Positions 1 through 9,107 of a stretch of 64,000 nt of DNA are shown piece after piece (the first letter of the stretch is position 1; every line of letters starts with the position of its first letter). The position numbers and the translations under genes were made by a program. The notes beneath the pieces are model-generated. The model worked only from the letters and a program-made list of their open reading frames with translations, did not search any database and had not been told where the DNA came from. Origin of the DNA: Rhodothermales bacterium (GTDB taxonomy: Bacteria > Bacteroidota > Rhodothermia > Rhodothermales > JANQRZ01); the NCBI GenBank assembly GCA_965215145.1, contig OZ244038.1, positions 1,340,579-1,404,578 on the forward strand. Reading direction: 5' to 3'.

Positions 1-365
1 AGCGCGTCTTCAGTGAGTACTCCGAGATGGGCGACGCCAAGGCGCTGCTGGAGAGCGTAGCCCGCTCGTTCGGGTACCGCCTCGGCCGCCGCGGCATCCG
101 CATCAACACCGTCTCCCAGAGCCCGACCCGGACCACGGCCGGCGGCGGCATCTCCGGCTTCGACGCCATGTTCGAGTTCGCGGACGAGATCGCCCCGCTC
201 GGCAACGCCGACGCCGCCTCCTGCGCCGATTACTGCACGACGCTGCTCTCGGACCTCTCGCGGATGGTGACGATGCAGAACCTCTTCCACGACGGCGGCT
301 TCTCGACGATGGGCATCTCGGAGGCCGTCATCGAGCGGATGATGGGGGAGAAGAGTGATGCGTAG
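1..365 (+). CDS. Enoyl-[acyl-carrier-protein] reductase, FabI-like (3' part; 5' end outside window)
   Basis: Frame is open from the window edge (nt 3) to TAG 363-365. Translation ..YSEMGDAKALLESVARSFGY..GIRINTVSQSPTRT..MQNLFHDGGFS matches the C-terminal half of FabI-type SDR reductases (Y-x6-K, G-I-R-I-N, DGG). Assigned from memory of the family. Confidence 0.75.
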   Translation, partial: RVFSEYSEMGDAKALLESVARSFGYRLGRRGIRINTVSQSPTRTTAGGGISGFDAMFEFADEIAPLGNADAASCADYCTTLLSDLSRMVTMQNLFHDGGFSTMGISEAVIERMMGEKSDA

Positions 366-367
366 TG

Positions 368-408
368 CGTGTTGCGTGTCGAAGGCAGGATCCAAAACAC
401 GCAACACG
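368..408. terminator. Hairpin downstream of the fabI-like gene
   Basis: Perfect 12-bp inverted repeat CGTGTTGCGTGT (368-379) / ACACGCAACACG (397-408), 3 nt after the stop. No clear T-tract. Confidence 0.4.
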
Positions 409-424
409 TGATGCGCAACGGACC

Positions 425-1180
425 ATGATCCGCCTCTTCCTCGCCGACATCGACGGCTGCCTCGCGGAGCCCTACCAGCCGTTCGACCTCGGCGGGTTCG
501 GGGAGCTGCGGGCGTGGGGGGAGCTGGCCGACATGGAGGTGGCGTATCCGGTGTTCGGGATCTGCTCTGGGCGGGCCTACCCCTACGTCGAGGCGACGGC
601 GCAGGCGCTCGGGCTGCGGGGGCCGGCGCTGTTCGAGAGCGGCGCCGGCCGGTTCGACCTGCGGACCGCCACGATCCGCTGGAGCGACGCCCTCACCGCC
701 GAGGTCGGGGAGCGGCTGGCCGAGGTGCGGCGGTTCTTCGAGGAGGAGCTGGTGCCGCGCGGCGGGTTCAACCTCAACTACGCCAAGCGCGGCCAGGTCA
801 GCATCGTGACGACCGACCAGGAGGCGCTGGCGCAGGCCGTGGAAGACGTAGAGCGGTACGCCGCCGATTTCCCCGACCTCATGGTCGCCCCGACGCACGT
901 CTCGATCGACGTGGTCCCGCACGCGCTCACGAAGCGGGCGGGGATCGAGGCCGCCGCCCGCGACGACGGGCTCGCGCCGGATGAGGTCGCCTTCATCGGC
1001 GACAGCCGCGGGGACGTGGTGGCGATGGAGGCCGTGGGGCTCGCCTTCGCGCCGGCCAACGCGCAGCCCGAGGCGAAGGCCGCCGCCGGCATCGTGACCG
1101 AGGCGGCGGGGCTCGCGGGGGTGATGGAGGCGTACCGGCACTGCGTCCGGCTCAACGAGTCCGCCCTGCGTGCGGCGTGA
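425..1180 (+). CDS. HAD-superfamily (Cof/IIB-like) phosphatase
   Basis: ATG at 425 gives MIRLFLADIDGCL (DxDG motif I). C-terminal FIGDSRGDVVAMEAVGLAFAPANA is a typical HAD motif IV region. ORF-track start 365 is probably too early. Confidence 0.7.
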   Translation: MIRLFLADIDGCLAEPYQPFDLGGFGELRAWGELADMEVAYPVFGICSGRAYPYVEATAQALGLRGPALFESGAGRFDLRTATIRWSDALTAEVGERLAEVRRFFEEELVPRGGFNLNYAKRGQVSIVTTDQEALAQAVEDVERYAADFPDLMVAPTHVSIDVVPHALTKRAGIEAAARDDGLAPDEVAFIGDSRGDVVAMEAVGLAFAPANAQPEAKAAAGIVTEAAGLAGVMEAYRHCVRLNESALRAA

Positions 1181-1256
1181 CGGCGGGCTCCGCCGGGCCG
1201 TAGATTCAGTCACGGCCGGAGAGGACGATTCTCCCGAAGGACCCACCACCCGCCCG

Positions 1257-2060
1257 ATGCTTCGCTGCTGCCTCGCCCTCCTCCTGCTCGCCGCGCTGCC
1301 GACCGCCGCCGCGGCGCAGCCCGATCCCCGCTCGGATGAGGAGCCGGCGCCGCAGCGCGAGCGCGCGGAGCTCCGGCCGACGGCGCCCGAGGACCGCCCG
1401 GTGTTCTACGTCGTGGACGAGCGCCCCGTGCTCCGGGCCGGCCCCGGCGTCGGCCGCACGCTCGGGCGGCTCGACTTCCGCACCGGCGTCCGCGTCCGCC
1501 GCGCCGACGGGGACTGGCGGCTCGTCGAGGGCCTCGAAGACGGGCAGCCCCTCGGGTGGGTCCGCGCCGCCGTGCTCTCCGACGTGTGGATGCTCGTAGA
1601 CAAGGAGACCCGGACGCTCTACGTCTACCGCGGCGCCGAGCTCGTCCGCGAGCTCGCCGCCGACGTCTCGCAGAACCCCGACGACGACAAGGTCCGCCGC
1701 GCCGCGCTCGGCGAGCAGGACCACTACCGCATCCCCGAGGGGACGTACCACGTCGTGCGGAAGAACCTCGCGAGCCAGTACTACCGCTCGTTCGTGCTGA
1801 GCTACCCCAACGCAGCGGACGCCGCCGCGGGCCTGGAGGCCGGGCTGATCTCCGAGGGGGAGCACGCCGCCATCGCCCGCGCAGCCGAGCGGTTCCAGGA
1901 GCCGCCCATGGGGACCCGGCTCGGCGGCGGCATCGCCATCCACGGGCAGGGCTCGGGGCGGCGGCGGGCGTGGACGCGCGGCTGCGTCGCCCTCCGCGAC
2001 GTCCACCTCGACGCGATCTGGGACCTCGTCCACGTCGGCACGCCGGTGTTTATCCGGTAG
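1257..2060 (+). CDS. L,D-transpeptidase (YkuD) family protein with SH3-like domain
   Basis: Signal peptide MLRCCLALLLLAALPTAAAAQ. C-terminal GIAIHGQGS..RAWTRGCVALRD matches the YkuD His/Cys catalytic motif. Confidence 0.7.
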   Translation: MLRCCLALLLLAALPTAAAAQPDPRSDEEPAPQRERAELRPTAPEDRPVFYVVDERPVLRAGPGVGRTLGRLDFRTGVRVRRADGDWRLVEGLEDGQPLGWVRAAVLSDVWMLVDKETRTLYVYRGAELVRELAADVSQNPDDDKVRRAALGEQDHYRIPEGTYHVVRKNLASQYYRSFVLSYPNAADAAAGLEAGLISEGEHAAIARAAERFQEPPMGTRLGGGIAIHGQGSGRRRAWTRGCVALRDVHLDAIWDLVHVGTPVFIR

Positions 2061-2119
2061 CGCGCAGGGGGCTGCGGGCGGCGAATCTTCGGGCAGGAGG
2101 CTGCGTACAGGCAGGCCAC

Positions 2120-3571
2120 ATGCCTCGCACCCCCATGCCCGCGCTCCTGCTCGCCGCCGTGCTCCTGCTCGCTGCGCCCGCCCTCGCGGCGGAAGCCGTG
2201 CAGCCGACCGCCGATGGGTCTCGGGGCCCCAGCGGCTCGCAGGACGCCGCCGAGACCGCGGCCGGCACGCTCGATCTCGCCCTCGGCGACGGCCCCGTCT
2301 TCGTCGTCCCCATCGAGGGAATGATCGACGCCGCCCTCGCCAACTACGTCGACCGCGCCCTCGCCGACGCCAAGGCCGCCGGGGCCAGCGCCGTCGTCTT
2401 CCACGTCAACACCTTCGGCGGGCTCGTGGACGCCGCCGACCAGATCCGCACGGCGCTCCTCCAGGCCGAGGTCCCGACCGTCGCCTTCGTCGACCCCAAC
2501 GCCGCCAGCGCGGGCGCGCTGATCTCGCTGGCCGCCGACCGGATCGTGATGGCGCCCGGCGCCTCCATCGGCGCGGCGACGGCCGTGGACGGCACGGGCA
2601 CCTACGCCAGCGAGAAGGTCCAGAGCTACATGCGCGGGCTGATGCGGTCCACCGCCGAGGCCACCGGCCGCGACCCCGAGCTCGCCGAGGCGATGGTGGA
2701 CGAGCGGCTCGTCGTCGAGGGCGTCGTCGAGGAGGGCGAGCTCCTGACGCTCTCGGCGAACGAGGCCGAGCGGCTGGGGCTCGCCGACGCCGTGCTCGCC
2801 ACCGAGGACGCCGTGCTCGTAGCTGTCGGGACGGGCGACCGCGAGGTCGTCCGCCACCGCGCCACCGGCGCCGAGCGGGCGCTCCGCTTCCTCGGCTCGC
2901 CGGTGCTCGCCTCGCTGCTCATGCTCGTGATGCTCGGCGGGCTCTACACCGAGGTCCGCACGCCCGGCGTCGGCTTCCCCGGCGCCGCCGCCCTCATCGC
3001 CGCCGCGCTGTTTTTCGCGCCGCACTACCTCCTCGGCCTCGCGGCGAGCTGGGAGATCGCGCTGTTCGTGCTGGGCGTGCTGCTCCTCGTGGCCGAGGTG
3101 TTCGTGCTGCCGGGGTTCGGCGTGGCCGGCGCCTCGGGGCTGCTGCTCATCGTGTTCTCGCTCGGGACGGCCCTCATCGGCAACGTCGCCTTCGACTTCC
3201 CCACGGGCGGCGCCGTCACGCAGGCCATCCTCACGCTCGCTGCGACGATGGTGCTGCTCGTCGTGCTCGGCGCATCGCTCAGCCGGTACCTCCCGCGCTC
3301 ACAAGCCTTCAGCCACCTCGTCCTTGCGCCCGAGCTCGCCGCGGCGGCGGGCTACACCTCGGCCGACACCGACGACACCCTCGTCGGCCAGCGCGGCGTC
3401 GCCGTCACGACGCTCCGCCCGTCGGGCGTGGCCGAGTTCGAGGGGCGCCGCGTGGACGTCGTGACGCAGGGGACGTTCATCGCGCCGGGCGAGCCCGTCG
3501 AGGTGGTGAGCGTGCGCGGCGCCCGCGTCGAGGTCCGCCCCGTGCGGGCCGCCAACGCCGCCCCGGCGTAG
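2120..3571 (+). CDS. NfeD-family membrane-bound ClpP-class serine protease (long form)
   Basis: ATG 2120 (MPRTPMPALLLAAVLLLAAPALA signal). ClpP-like VFHVNTFGGLVDAADQI..ASAGALISLAADRIVMAPGASIGAA, several TM helices and a C-terminal OB-like NfeD domain. The upstream 188 codons of ORF 1556..3571 overlap the previous gene and are discarded. Confidence 0.75.
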   Translation: MPRTPMPALLLAAVLLLAAPALAAEAVQPTADGSRGPSGSQDAAETAAGTLDLALGDGPVFVVPIEGMIDAALANYVDRALADAKAAGASAVVFHVNTFGGLVDAADQIRTALLQAEVPTVAFVDPNAASAGALISLAADRIVMAPGASIGAATAVDGTGTYASEKVQSYMRGLMRSTAEATGRDPELAEAMVDERLVVEGVVEEGELLTLSANEAERLGLADAVLATEDAVLVAVGTGDREVVRHRATGAERALRFLGSPVLASLLMLVMLGGLYTEVRTPGVGFPGAAALIAAALFFAPHYLLGLAASWEIALFVLGVLLLVAEVFVLPGFGVAGASGLLLIVFSLGTALIGNVAFDFPTGGAVTQAILTLAATMVLLVVLGASLSRYLPRSQAFSHLVLAPELAAAAGYTSADTDDTLVGQRGVAVTTLRPSGVAEFEGRRVDVVTQGTFIAPGEPVEVVSVRGARVEVRPVRAANAAPA

Positions 3572-3599
3572 CTTCCGCCGCCTCGCCTCCCCCGCGCCC

Positions 3600-4133
3600 G
3601 TGGACTTCGTCACGCCCATCGCCCTCGTCCTCCTCGGCCTCGCGCTGATCGGCGTCGAGGTCTACGCCATCCCGGGCCTGAACGTGGTCGGGATCGCGGG
3701 GGGCGTCGCCATCGCGGCGGGCGTGGTGATGGCGTTCCTCGCGGCGGGCCCGATGGGCGCGCTCGTCGTCGGCGTCGGCGCCATCGCGGCGGGGGGGGGG
3801 ATGTTCTACGCGATGTGGAGGAGCGGGGCGTGGGACCGGTTCATCCTCGCCGCCGACCTCGGCCGGGACGAGATGTCCGATGCCCGTGAGCACGACGCCC
3901 GCTCGCGCTACCTCGGCCGCGAGGGCGTGGCGGTGACGCCGCTCCGCCCCGGCGGCATCGCCGAGATCGACGGGGAGCGCGTGGAGGTCCAGACGGAGGG
4001 GGCGTTCTTCGCCGCCGGTAGCCGCGTCCGCATCGTGGCGATGGACCGGCGGCGCTTCTTCGTCCGCCTCGCCGACGAGGACCCCGGCGCCGCCGTCGCG
4101 CGCCCGGGCCTCGGCGGCCGGGCCTCGGCGTAG
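3600..4133 (+). CDS. NfeD-family protein (short form: TM helices + C-terminal OB domain)
   Basis: GTG start at 3600. Hydrophobic N-terminal half, then GREGVAVTPLRPGGIAEIDGERVEVQTEGAFFAAGSRVRIV, which is typical of the NfeD C-terminal domain. Confidence 0.6.
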   Translation: MDFVTPIALVLLGLALIGVEVYAIPGLNVVGIAGGVAIAAGVVMAFLAAGPMGALVVGVGAIAAGGGMFYAMWRSGAWDRFILAADLGRDEMSDAREHDARSRYLGREGVAVTPLRPGGIAEIDGERVEVQTEGAFFAAGSRVRIVAMDRRRFFVRLADEDPGAAVARPGLGGRASA

Positions 4134-4211
4134 CGCCCTTTTCTGCGGCCCTTCACGCGCTGAGCGGAGCCAGGACGTTTGTTTACGACGTCCCACTTGC
4201 CCGCCTGCTTC

Positions 4212-4901
4212 ATGGTCCGCCGCCTCTTCACTCCTGTGCTGCTCACCCTGCTCCTCGCCGCCTGCGGGGAGACCGCCGCCGACCTCGGCCCGCCGGAAGG
4301 GTGGGAGGCCGAGGGCGACCGCTGGTGGCAGACCGACGTGGACGCCGACCTCGCCTTCCGCGACCTCAGCGGGTTCGAGACGATGGGACTCGGCGGGCGG
4401 CCCGACGGGCTCCGCGACGAGGGGCCCGTCGTGCGGAACGTCCAGCGCCGGTTCCTCAAGCTTTACCGCAACCACCCCGAGGTCGTCGACTCCATCTTCG
4501 GCGCGGCCGTCGTGCCGCTCGTGGACGCCGAGGCGCGGCCGGGCGACGCCGACGAGGTCCGGGACGAGCTGGTCCGGCAGGTCAACCGCCGCATCCACGA
4601 GGCGTTCTACCCGCCGCAGCCGCTTCGGAGCGAGCGGGAGGACAACCCCATCGTCGTGCCCGATAGTCTCCAGGGGCGCATCAGCGGCACCCTCGAACTC
4701 CAGGTCTACCTCGACGCCGACGGCCGGCCCCTCGCCATCGAGAAGCTGCAAGGCATCCACCCAACCTTCGACGCCCTCGCCATGCGGAACTACGCCGAGC
4801 GGACGTGGCAGCCGGGGTACCTCGTCGCGCGCGGGCTCGGCGACGACGGCCGGAAGCCGGTCCCGTCGTGGGTCCGCACCGACCTCACCATCGGCGGATG
4901 A
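4212..4901 (+). CDS. Lipoprotein with possible TonB-C-like domain
   Basis: MVRRLFTPVLLTLLLAACGE lipobox at ATG 4212. The C-terminal segment LELQVYLDADGRPLAIEKLQGIHPTFDALAMRNYAERTWQPG resembles TonB C-terminal folds (weak). Confidence 0.4.
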   Translation: MVRRLFTPVLLTLLLAACGETAADLGPPEGWEAEGDRWWQTDVDADLAFRDLSGFETMGLGGRPDGLRDEGPVVRNVQRRFLKLYRNHPEVVDSIFGAAVVPLVDAEARPGDADEVRDELVRQVNRRIHEAFYPPQPLRSEREDNPIVVPDSLQGRISGTLELQVYLDADGRPLAIEKLQGIHPTFDALAMRNYAERTWQPGYLVARGLGDDGRKPVPSWVRTDLTIGG

Positions 4902-4938
4902 AGGGCGGCGTCCAACGCTCTCCCGGAAACATCCCACA

Positions 4939-4960
4939 GGGACGCAGCATGCTGCGTCCC
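4939..4960. terminator. Perfect 22-nt palindrome between convergent genes
   Basis: GGGACGCAGCATGCTGCGTCCC lies between stop 4901 (+) and stop 4997 (-). A related sequence occurs at 32446-32474. Confidence 0.5.
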
Positions 4961-4996
4961 TACCACCACTACAATGCGGAGGCCCTGGTCTGGCCG

Positions 4997-5653
4997 TTAT
5001 CGCGACGCTACCGCGGCGATCTCGTCGGATTCGTAGACGGTGAGGCCGAGGTCCGGATCGGCTGCGGCGCGGGCCATCGCAGCGGCGACGTCGGCGGCGG
5101 GGATGGCGCGGTACCTCCGCAAGGGGCCGACGAGGAGCGGGCCGATCACCCGGAACAGCACCGTCATCGCCGCTTCCTTCGGGCGCGACTCGGCGCGGTC
5201 GCCGAGGAGGAGGGCCGGGCGGAACACCCGGACCGCCTCGAAGGGCAGCGCCGCGGCGTCGCGCTCCATCTCGCCCTTGAGCCGGTTGTAGAAGATGCGC
5301 GAGTCGGGGTCGGCGCCCATCGCGCTGACGACGAAGAACCGCCGCGCCCGCACCTGCGCCACCGCCTCGCCGAACGCGAGCACGAAGTCGTAGTCCACCC
5401 GCCGGAACGCCTCCTCCGAGCCCGCCTTCTTGATCGTCGTGCCGAGGCAGCAGAAGGCGTCGTCGCAGGGCGGGAGGTCCGGGAGCGCGCCGAAGCCGGC
5501 GATGACCTCTTCCAACCGGTGATGCCTGAGCCCGAGGGGCCGGCGGCCGGCGGCGACGACGCGCTCGTAGCGACCGCCGTCGAGGAGGAGCGGGAGGAGG
5601 TGGCTACCGACGAGGCCGCTGGCCCCGGCGATGCAGGCGGTAGGGGTGGGCAC
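4997..5653 (-). CDS. NAD(P)-binding Rossmann-fold oxidoreductase (atypical SDR / HTATIP2-like)
   Basis: GTG at 5653 gives VPTPTACIAGASGLVGSHLL (GxxGxxG). Remainder includes FCCLGTT..VSAMGAD..YNRLKGE. Earlier in-frame starts (5710, 5782) would translate the CU-rich leader and seem less likely. Confidence 0.6.
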   Translation of the reverse strand: MPTPTACIAGASGLVGSHLLPLLLDGGRYERVVAAGRRPLGLRHHRLEEVIAGFGALPDLPPCDDAFCCLGTTIKKAGSEEAFRRVDYDFVLAFGEAVAQVRARRFFVVSAMGADPDSRIFYNRLKGEMERDAAALPFEAVRVFRPALLLGDRAESRPKEAAMTVLFRVIGPLLVGPLRRYRAIPAADVAAAMARAAADPDLGLTVYESDEIAAVASR

Positions 5654-5887
5654 GGAGGTGTGGAGGATGGATGATGGAGGATAGAAGGTGGGGAGAGGCG
5701 CTGGCAGCATCCCCCTCCCAATCTTCTCACGCCGTCGCGAGAGCAGGGAGTCCCAGGAAAGACAACACCGTAGCCCCGGCACGCCCGGCGAGCGGGCTGG
5801 TTCGGCGGTGGGCTGACACGGCGGGCGTCACCGGCGCCGCAGTAGGTTTGCGCCCGCCGCCCGAAGCCTCCAATCCCACTCCGTTCG

Positions 5888-7672
5888 ATGCCCCTCCCGC
5901 CCGCCGCCGCGCCGTCCCCGAGCGAAGCGAGCGCGGCGCTGCCGGGGATTACGCTTGGTGACGGGTTCCGGCTGCGGGACGGGCAGGCGGCGTTCCTGGA
6001 GAAGTGGGCTAAGGCGCTGGAGCGGGGGGAGCGGAACGCGCTCGGCGTGTTCGTGCCGGGGTACGGGAAGACGGTGACGGCGCTCGCCTCGTTCGTCGTC
6101 GCCAAGGAGCTCGGCGTCGCGGACCGGCTCGTGGTGTTCGTCCCGCGCGGCAACCTCCGCGACCAGTACGCCGACCCCGAGGAGCTAGCCGCGACCTTCC
6201 GCCGCCTCGGCGCGCCGCCCCTCGCCTTCTGCGTCGCCGACTCCGACCGGGTGTTCCTCAAGAACCTCGACACCGACCTCGTCGTCACCACCTACCAGTA
6301 CGCCTCCGGCGAGCGCGGCAACGACGCGCTGCTCGAATACTGCCGCGCCGGCCGCGCGCTGTTCGTCTTCGACGAGGTCCACCACCTCGCCGACGACGGG
6401 ACGTGGGCGCGGGCCGTCGAAAGATTCCCCCACGCCGCCAGCGTCGCCCTCAGCGGCACGCCCGTCCGCAGCGACAGCAAGACGCTGTTCGGGGTGCCCT
6501 TCACCGAGGGGCCGGACGGGGAGCAGTTCTACGAGGCGCTCCACGAGGTCACCATGCGCGAGGCCCACGCCGAGGGCGGCATCCTTAAGCGCGTCGACGC
6601 GCACGTCGTCGACTACGCGATCCGGATGGTCCACGGCGACACCGGCGAGGAGGCCGAGGTCACGCTCTCCGAGCTCCGCGAGGCCGCGCCCTCGGCGCAC
6701 GAGCTCGACGTGTACCTCGCCCGGCGGAAGCTCCGCTTCCACGAGGTCTACCTCGAGACCCTGCTCGGCCCGGCCTTCGCGCGGTTCGCCGAGAAGCGGC
6801 AGGCGCTCCAGGCCGCGATGCTCAAGAGCGGGCGCGCGGCGCGGGGGCCGTTCCGGAACCACCAGATGCTCGTCATCGCGATGAGCAACCGCCACGCCGC
6901 CGCCGTGCTGGAGTTCGTCCGCCGCCGGTTCCCGCGCTACGCCGCCGCGCGGATCGGGCAGGACCTCCCCGCCGCCGAGCGCGCCGAAGACCTCGCCGCC
7001 TACCGCGAGGGCCGCCTCGACGTGATGGTGCAGGTGGACATGATCGGGGAGGGGACCGACATCAAGCCGATCTCCGTCATCGTCAAGGCCGACCTCGTCC
7101 GCGCCCTCTCGAAGACAATGCAGCAGGTGTTCCGCGGGATGCGCCACGTCGCCGACTGGCCCGAGGACCAGAACCGCTGCGACATCTACGCCGCCGACGA
7201 CTCCGACGTCGTCCACACCCTCTGGTGGATCGCCGAGGAGCAGCGGGCCGGCGCGAAGCGGCGCCGAGAGACGGCCGCCCGTGAGGCTCCGGCCGGCGCT
7301 CCTCCCGAGGAGCGGAGCCCGTGGGAGGTCAAGGCCGTCCGCCACGCCGGCACCGGCTCGCACGCCCTCGAAGCGATGCCCGGCTACACCGCCCACCGCG
7401 ACTTCCACCGAGACATCCCCCGGCGCCAGGCCGCGCAGCCGCAGGTGACGGACGTGGGCGCGCGGGAGCGGGAGCTGCGGAAGGAGTGCGCGCGGCTGGC
7501 CTCCGAGCTCGCTTTCTTCCTCAGCGGGCGCGGGCAACCGGTGGACGCGCGCGAGGTCCACGCCCGCGCCAAGCGGCACCTCGCCGCGGCGCAGGGGGAG
7601 CTCAGCGTGCGCAAGCTGGAGCGGAAGCGGCGGTGGCTGGAGCGCTGCCTCCAGATGGGACGGCTCTTCTGA
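5888..7672 (+). CDS. Superfamily-2 DEAD/DEAH-type helicase (type III restriction Res-like core) with basic C-terminal extension
   Basis: Motif I PGYGKT, motif II FDEVHH, motif III LSGTP, motif VI-like QQVFRGMRH. About 150 aa of Arg/Glu-rich helical C-terminus. Confidence 0.7.
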   Translation: MPLPPAAAPSPSEASAALPGITLGDGFRLRDGQAAFLEKWAKALERGERNALGVFVPGYGKTVTALASFVVAKELGVADRLVVFVPRGNLRDQYADPEELAATFRRLGAPPLAFCVADSDRVFLKNLDTDLVVTTYQYASGERGNDALLEYCRAGRALFVFDEVHHLADDGTWARAVERFPHAASVALSGTPVRSDSKTLFGVPFTEGPDGEQFYEALHEVTMREAHAEGGILKRVDAHVVDYAIRMVHGDTGEEAEVTLSELREAAPSAHELDVYLARRKLRFHEVYLETLLGPAFARFAEKRQALQAAMLKSGRAARGPFRNHQMLVIAMSNRHAAAVLEFVRRRFPRYAAARIGQDLPAAERAEDLAAYREGRLDVMVQVDMIGEGTDIKPISVIVKADLVRALSKTMQQVFRGMRHVADWPEDQNRCDIYAADDSDVVHTLWWIAEEQRAGAKRRRETAAREAPAGAPPEERSPWEVKAVRHAGTGSHALEAMPGYTAHRDFHRDIPRRQAAQPQVTDVGARERELRKECARLASELAFFLSGRGQPVDAREVHARAKRHLAAAQGELSVRKLERKRRWLERCLQMGRLF

Positions 7673-7838
7673 GGCCACCGGCTCGGCCGACCCTACGCCG
7701 GGAGCCCGTCCTGAGGGGGATTCGAGGTAGGGTCTAACCCTGCAAGGCCGTTGGTCTAAGACCCGCCGGGCGGCGCGCGTTTCCCCCACCGGGGGGGTAG
7801 GGGGCGGACGGCGGCTGGGAGCCACGGGGAGGCGTTAC

Positions 7839-7867
7839 TTAAATGCTCGACGCCCGACTCCTATAAC
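7839..7867 (+). promoter_or_regulatory. Candidate promoter of the YceI cluster
   Basis: TTAAAT (7839-7844), 17-nt spacer, TATAAC (7862-7867), 24 nt before ATG 7891. AT-rich island in GC-rich DNA. By-eye match only. Confidence 0.3.
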
Positions 7868-7890
7868 CCCCGCCACCCGAACCCGAAACG

Positions 7891-8466
7891 ATGAACCGAC
7901 TCCGGCTCACCCTCCTCGCCGCCGCCCTCACGGCCCTCGCATGGGCCGGAGGGGACTCGCTCCAGCTTGAACCCGGCAGCAAGATCTGGATCGAGGGGAC
8001 CTCCACCGTCCACGACTGGACGTGCCAGGTCGAGCAGCTCGCCGGCGCGCTCGACGCGGAGCCGGGCCAGGACGGACTCGGGGAGCTAGGCGCCGCCCGC
8101 GTCACCGTCCCCGTGCAGGGGATCGACTGCGACAACGGGACGATGGACGGGAAGCTCCGCGACGCGCTGAAGGCATCCTCCAGCCCCGCCGTCCGCTACA
8201 CCCTCACCCGCGCCGAGGTCGGCGCACCCGGCGCCGACGGGTGGTTCACGCTCGACACGACCGGCCGGCTCAGCATGGCCGGCGCCACCCGGAACGTGGC
8301 GATGGAGGTGCGGGGGAAGGCCCTCGGCGGCGGCCGGTTCCGCTTCACCGGGCAACTCCCCCTCCGCATGACCGACTTCGGGATCGACCCGCCGACGGCG
8401 CTCCTCGGCGCGCTCAAGACGGGCGACCAGGTCACCGTCCACTTCGACGTCACGGCCGGCCGCTAG
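7891..8466 (+). CDS. YceI-like periplasmic lipid/polyisoprenoid-binding protein
   Basis: Signal peptide, then SKIWIEGTSTVHDWTCQV..GATRNVAMEV..LRMTDFGIDPP, the characteristic YceI pattern. Confidence 0.75.
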   Translation: MNRLRLTLLAAALTALAWAGGDSLQLEPGSKIWIEGTSTVHDWTCQVEQLAGALDAEPGQDGLGELGAARVTVPVQGIDCDNGTMDGKLRDALKASSSPAVRYTLTRAEVGAPGADGWFTLDTTGRLSMAGATRNVAMEVRGKALGGGRFRFTGQLPLRMTDFGIDPPTALLGALKTGDQVTVHFDVTAGR

Positions 8467-8470
8467 CCCG

Positions 8471-9070
8471 ATGGCGCTCCGCCACGCTCGCCTCGCGCTC
8501 GCCCTGGCCGCCGGGCTCCTCCTCGCTGGCGCCGGCGCCGCTCAATCCTCCGAGGCCCCCGGTAGCTACGCCCTCCAGGGCGAGAGTCGCTTCTGGATCG
8601 AGGGGACGACCACCGTGGACGACTTCGCGTGCACGGCCGCCCCGGTGCGGGGCCGCGCCGCCGTCGCCCCCCGGGCGGTCGGGGGCACCCTCGCCGTCCC
8701 CGTGGCGGCCTTCGACTGCGGGATCGGGCAGATGAACCGCGACCTCCAGGCCGCCCTCCGCGGCGACGCCCACCCCGAGATCCGCTTCGGGCTCCAGCGG
8801 GCCGAGGCGGCCGGTGCCACGGACGCCGGGGGGTGGGTCCCCGTCCGTGCGTGGGGAACCCTCAGCCTCGCCGGCGCCGAGCGCCTCGTCGCGCTGACGG
8901 CGCAGGGGCGCCGCTACCCCGACGGCCGCGTCCGCATCCGGGGTCGCCACCCCCTCCTCATGACCGACTTCGGCGTCGAGCCCCCCGCCCGGCTGCTCGG
9001 CCTCGTCCGCGTCCACGACCGCATCGTCGTCCACTTCGACCTCGTGGCGGCCCCGGCCGCCGAGGGATAG
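8471..9070 (+). CDS. YceI-like protein (paralogue)
   Basis: Starts 4 nt after the previous stop. SRFWIEGTTTVDDFACTA..LLMTDFGVEPP is parallel to the upstream gene. Confidence 0.75.
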   Translation: MALRHARLALALAAGLLLAGAGAAQSSEAPGSYALQGESRFWIEGTTTVDDFACTAAPVRGRAAVAPRAVGGTLAVPVAAFDCGIGQMNRDLQAALRGDAHPEIRFGLQRAEAAGATDAGGWVPVRAWGTLSLAGAERLVALTAQGRRYPDGRVRIRGRHPLLMTDFGVEPPARLLGLVRVHDRIVVHFDLVAAPAAEG

Positions 9071-9107
9071 ACCTCCTTTCCCCCACGACCACCCAACCTC
9101 ACCCGCC

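Noticed and set aside
5671-5961. 96-aa ORF in the divergent spacer upstream of the helicase
   Set aside because: Its composition is Ala/Arg/Pro-rich with no motif. It overlaps the helicase start and is preceded by the purine-rich mirror of the neighbouring gene's leader. It is probably non-coding.
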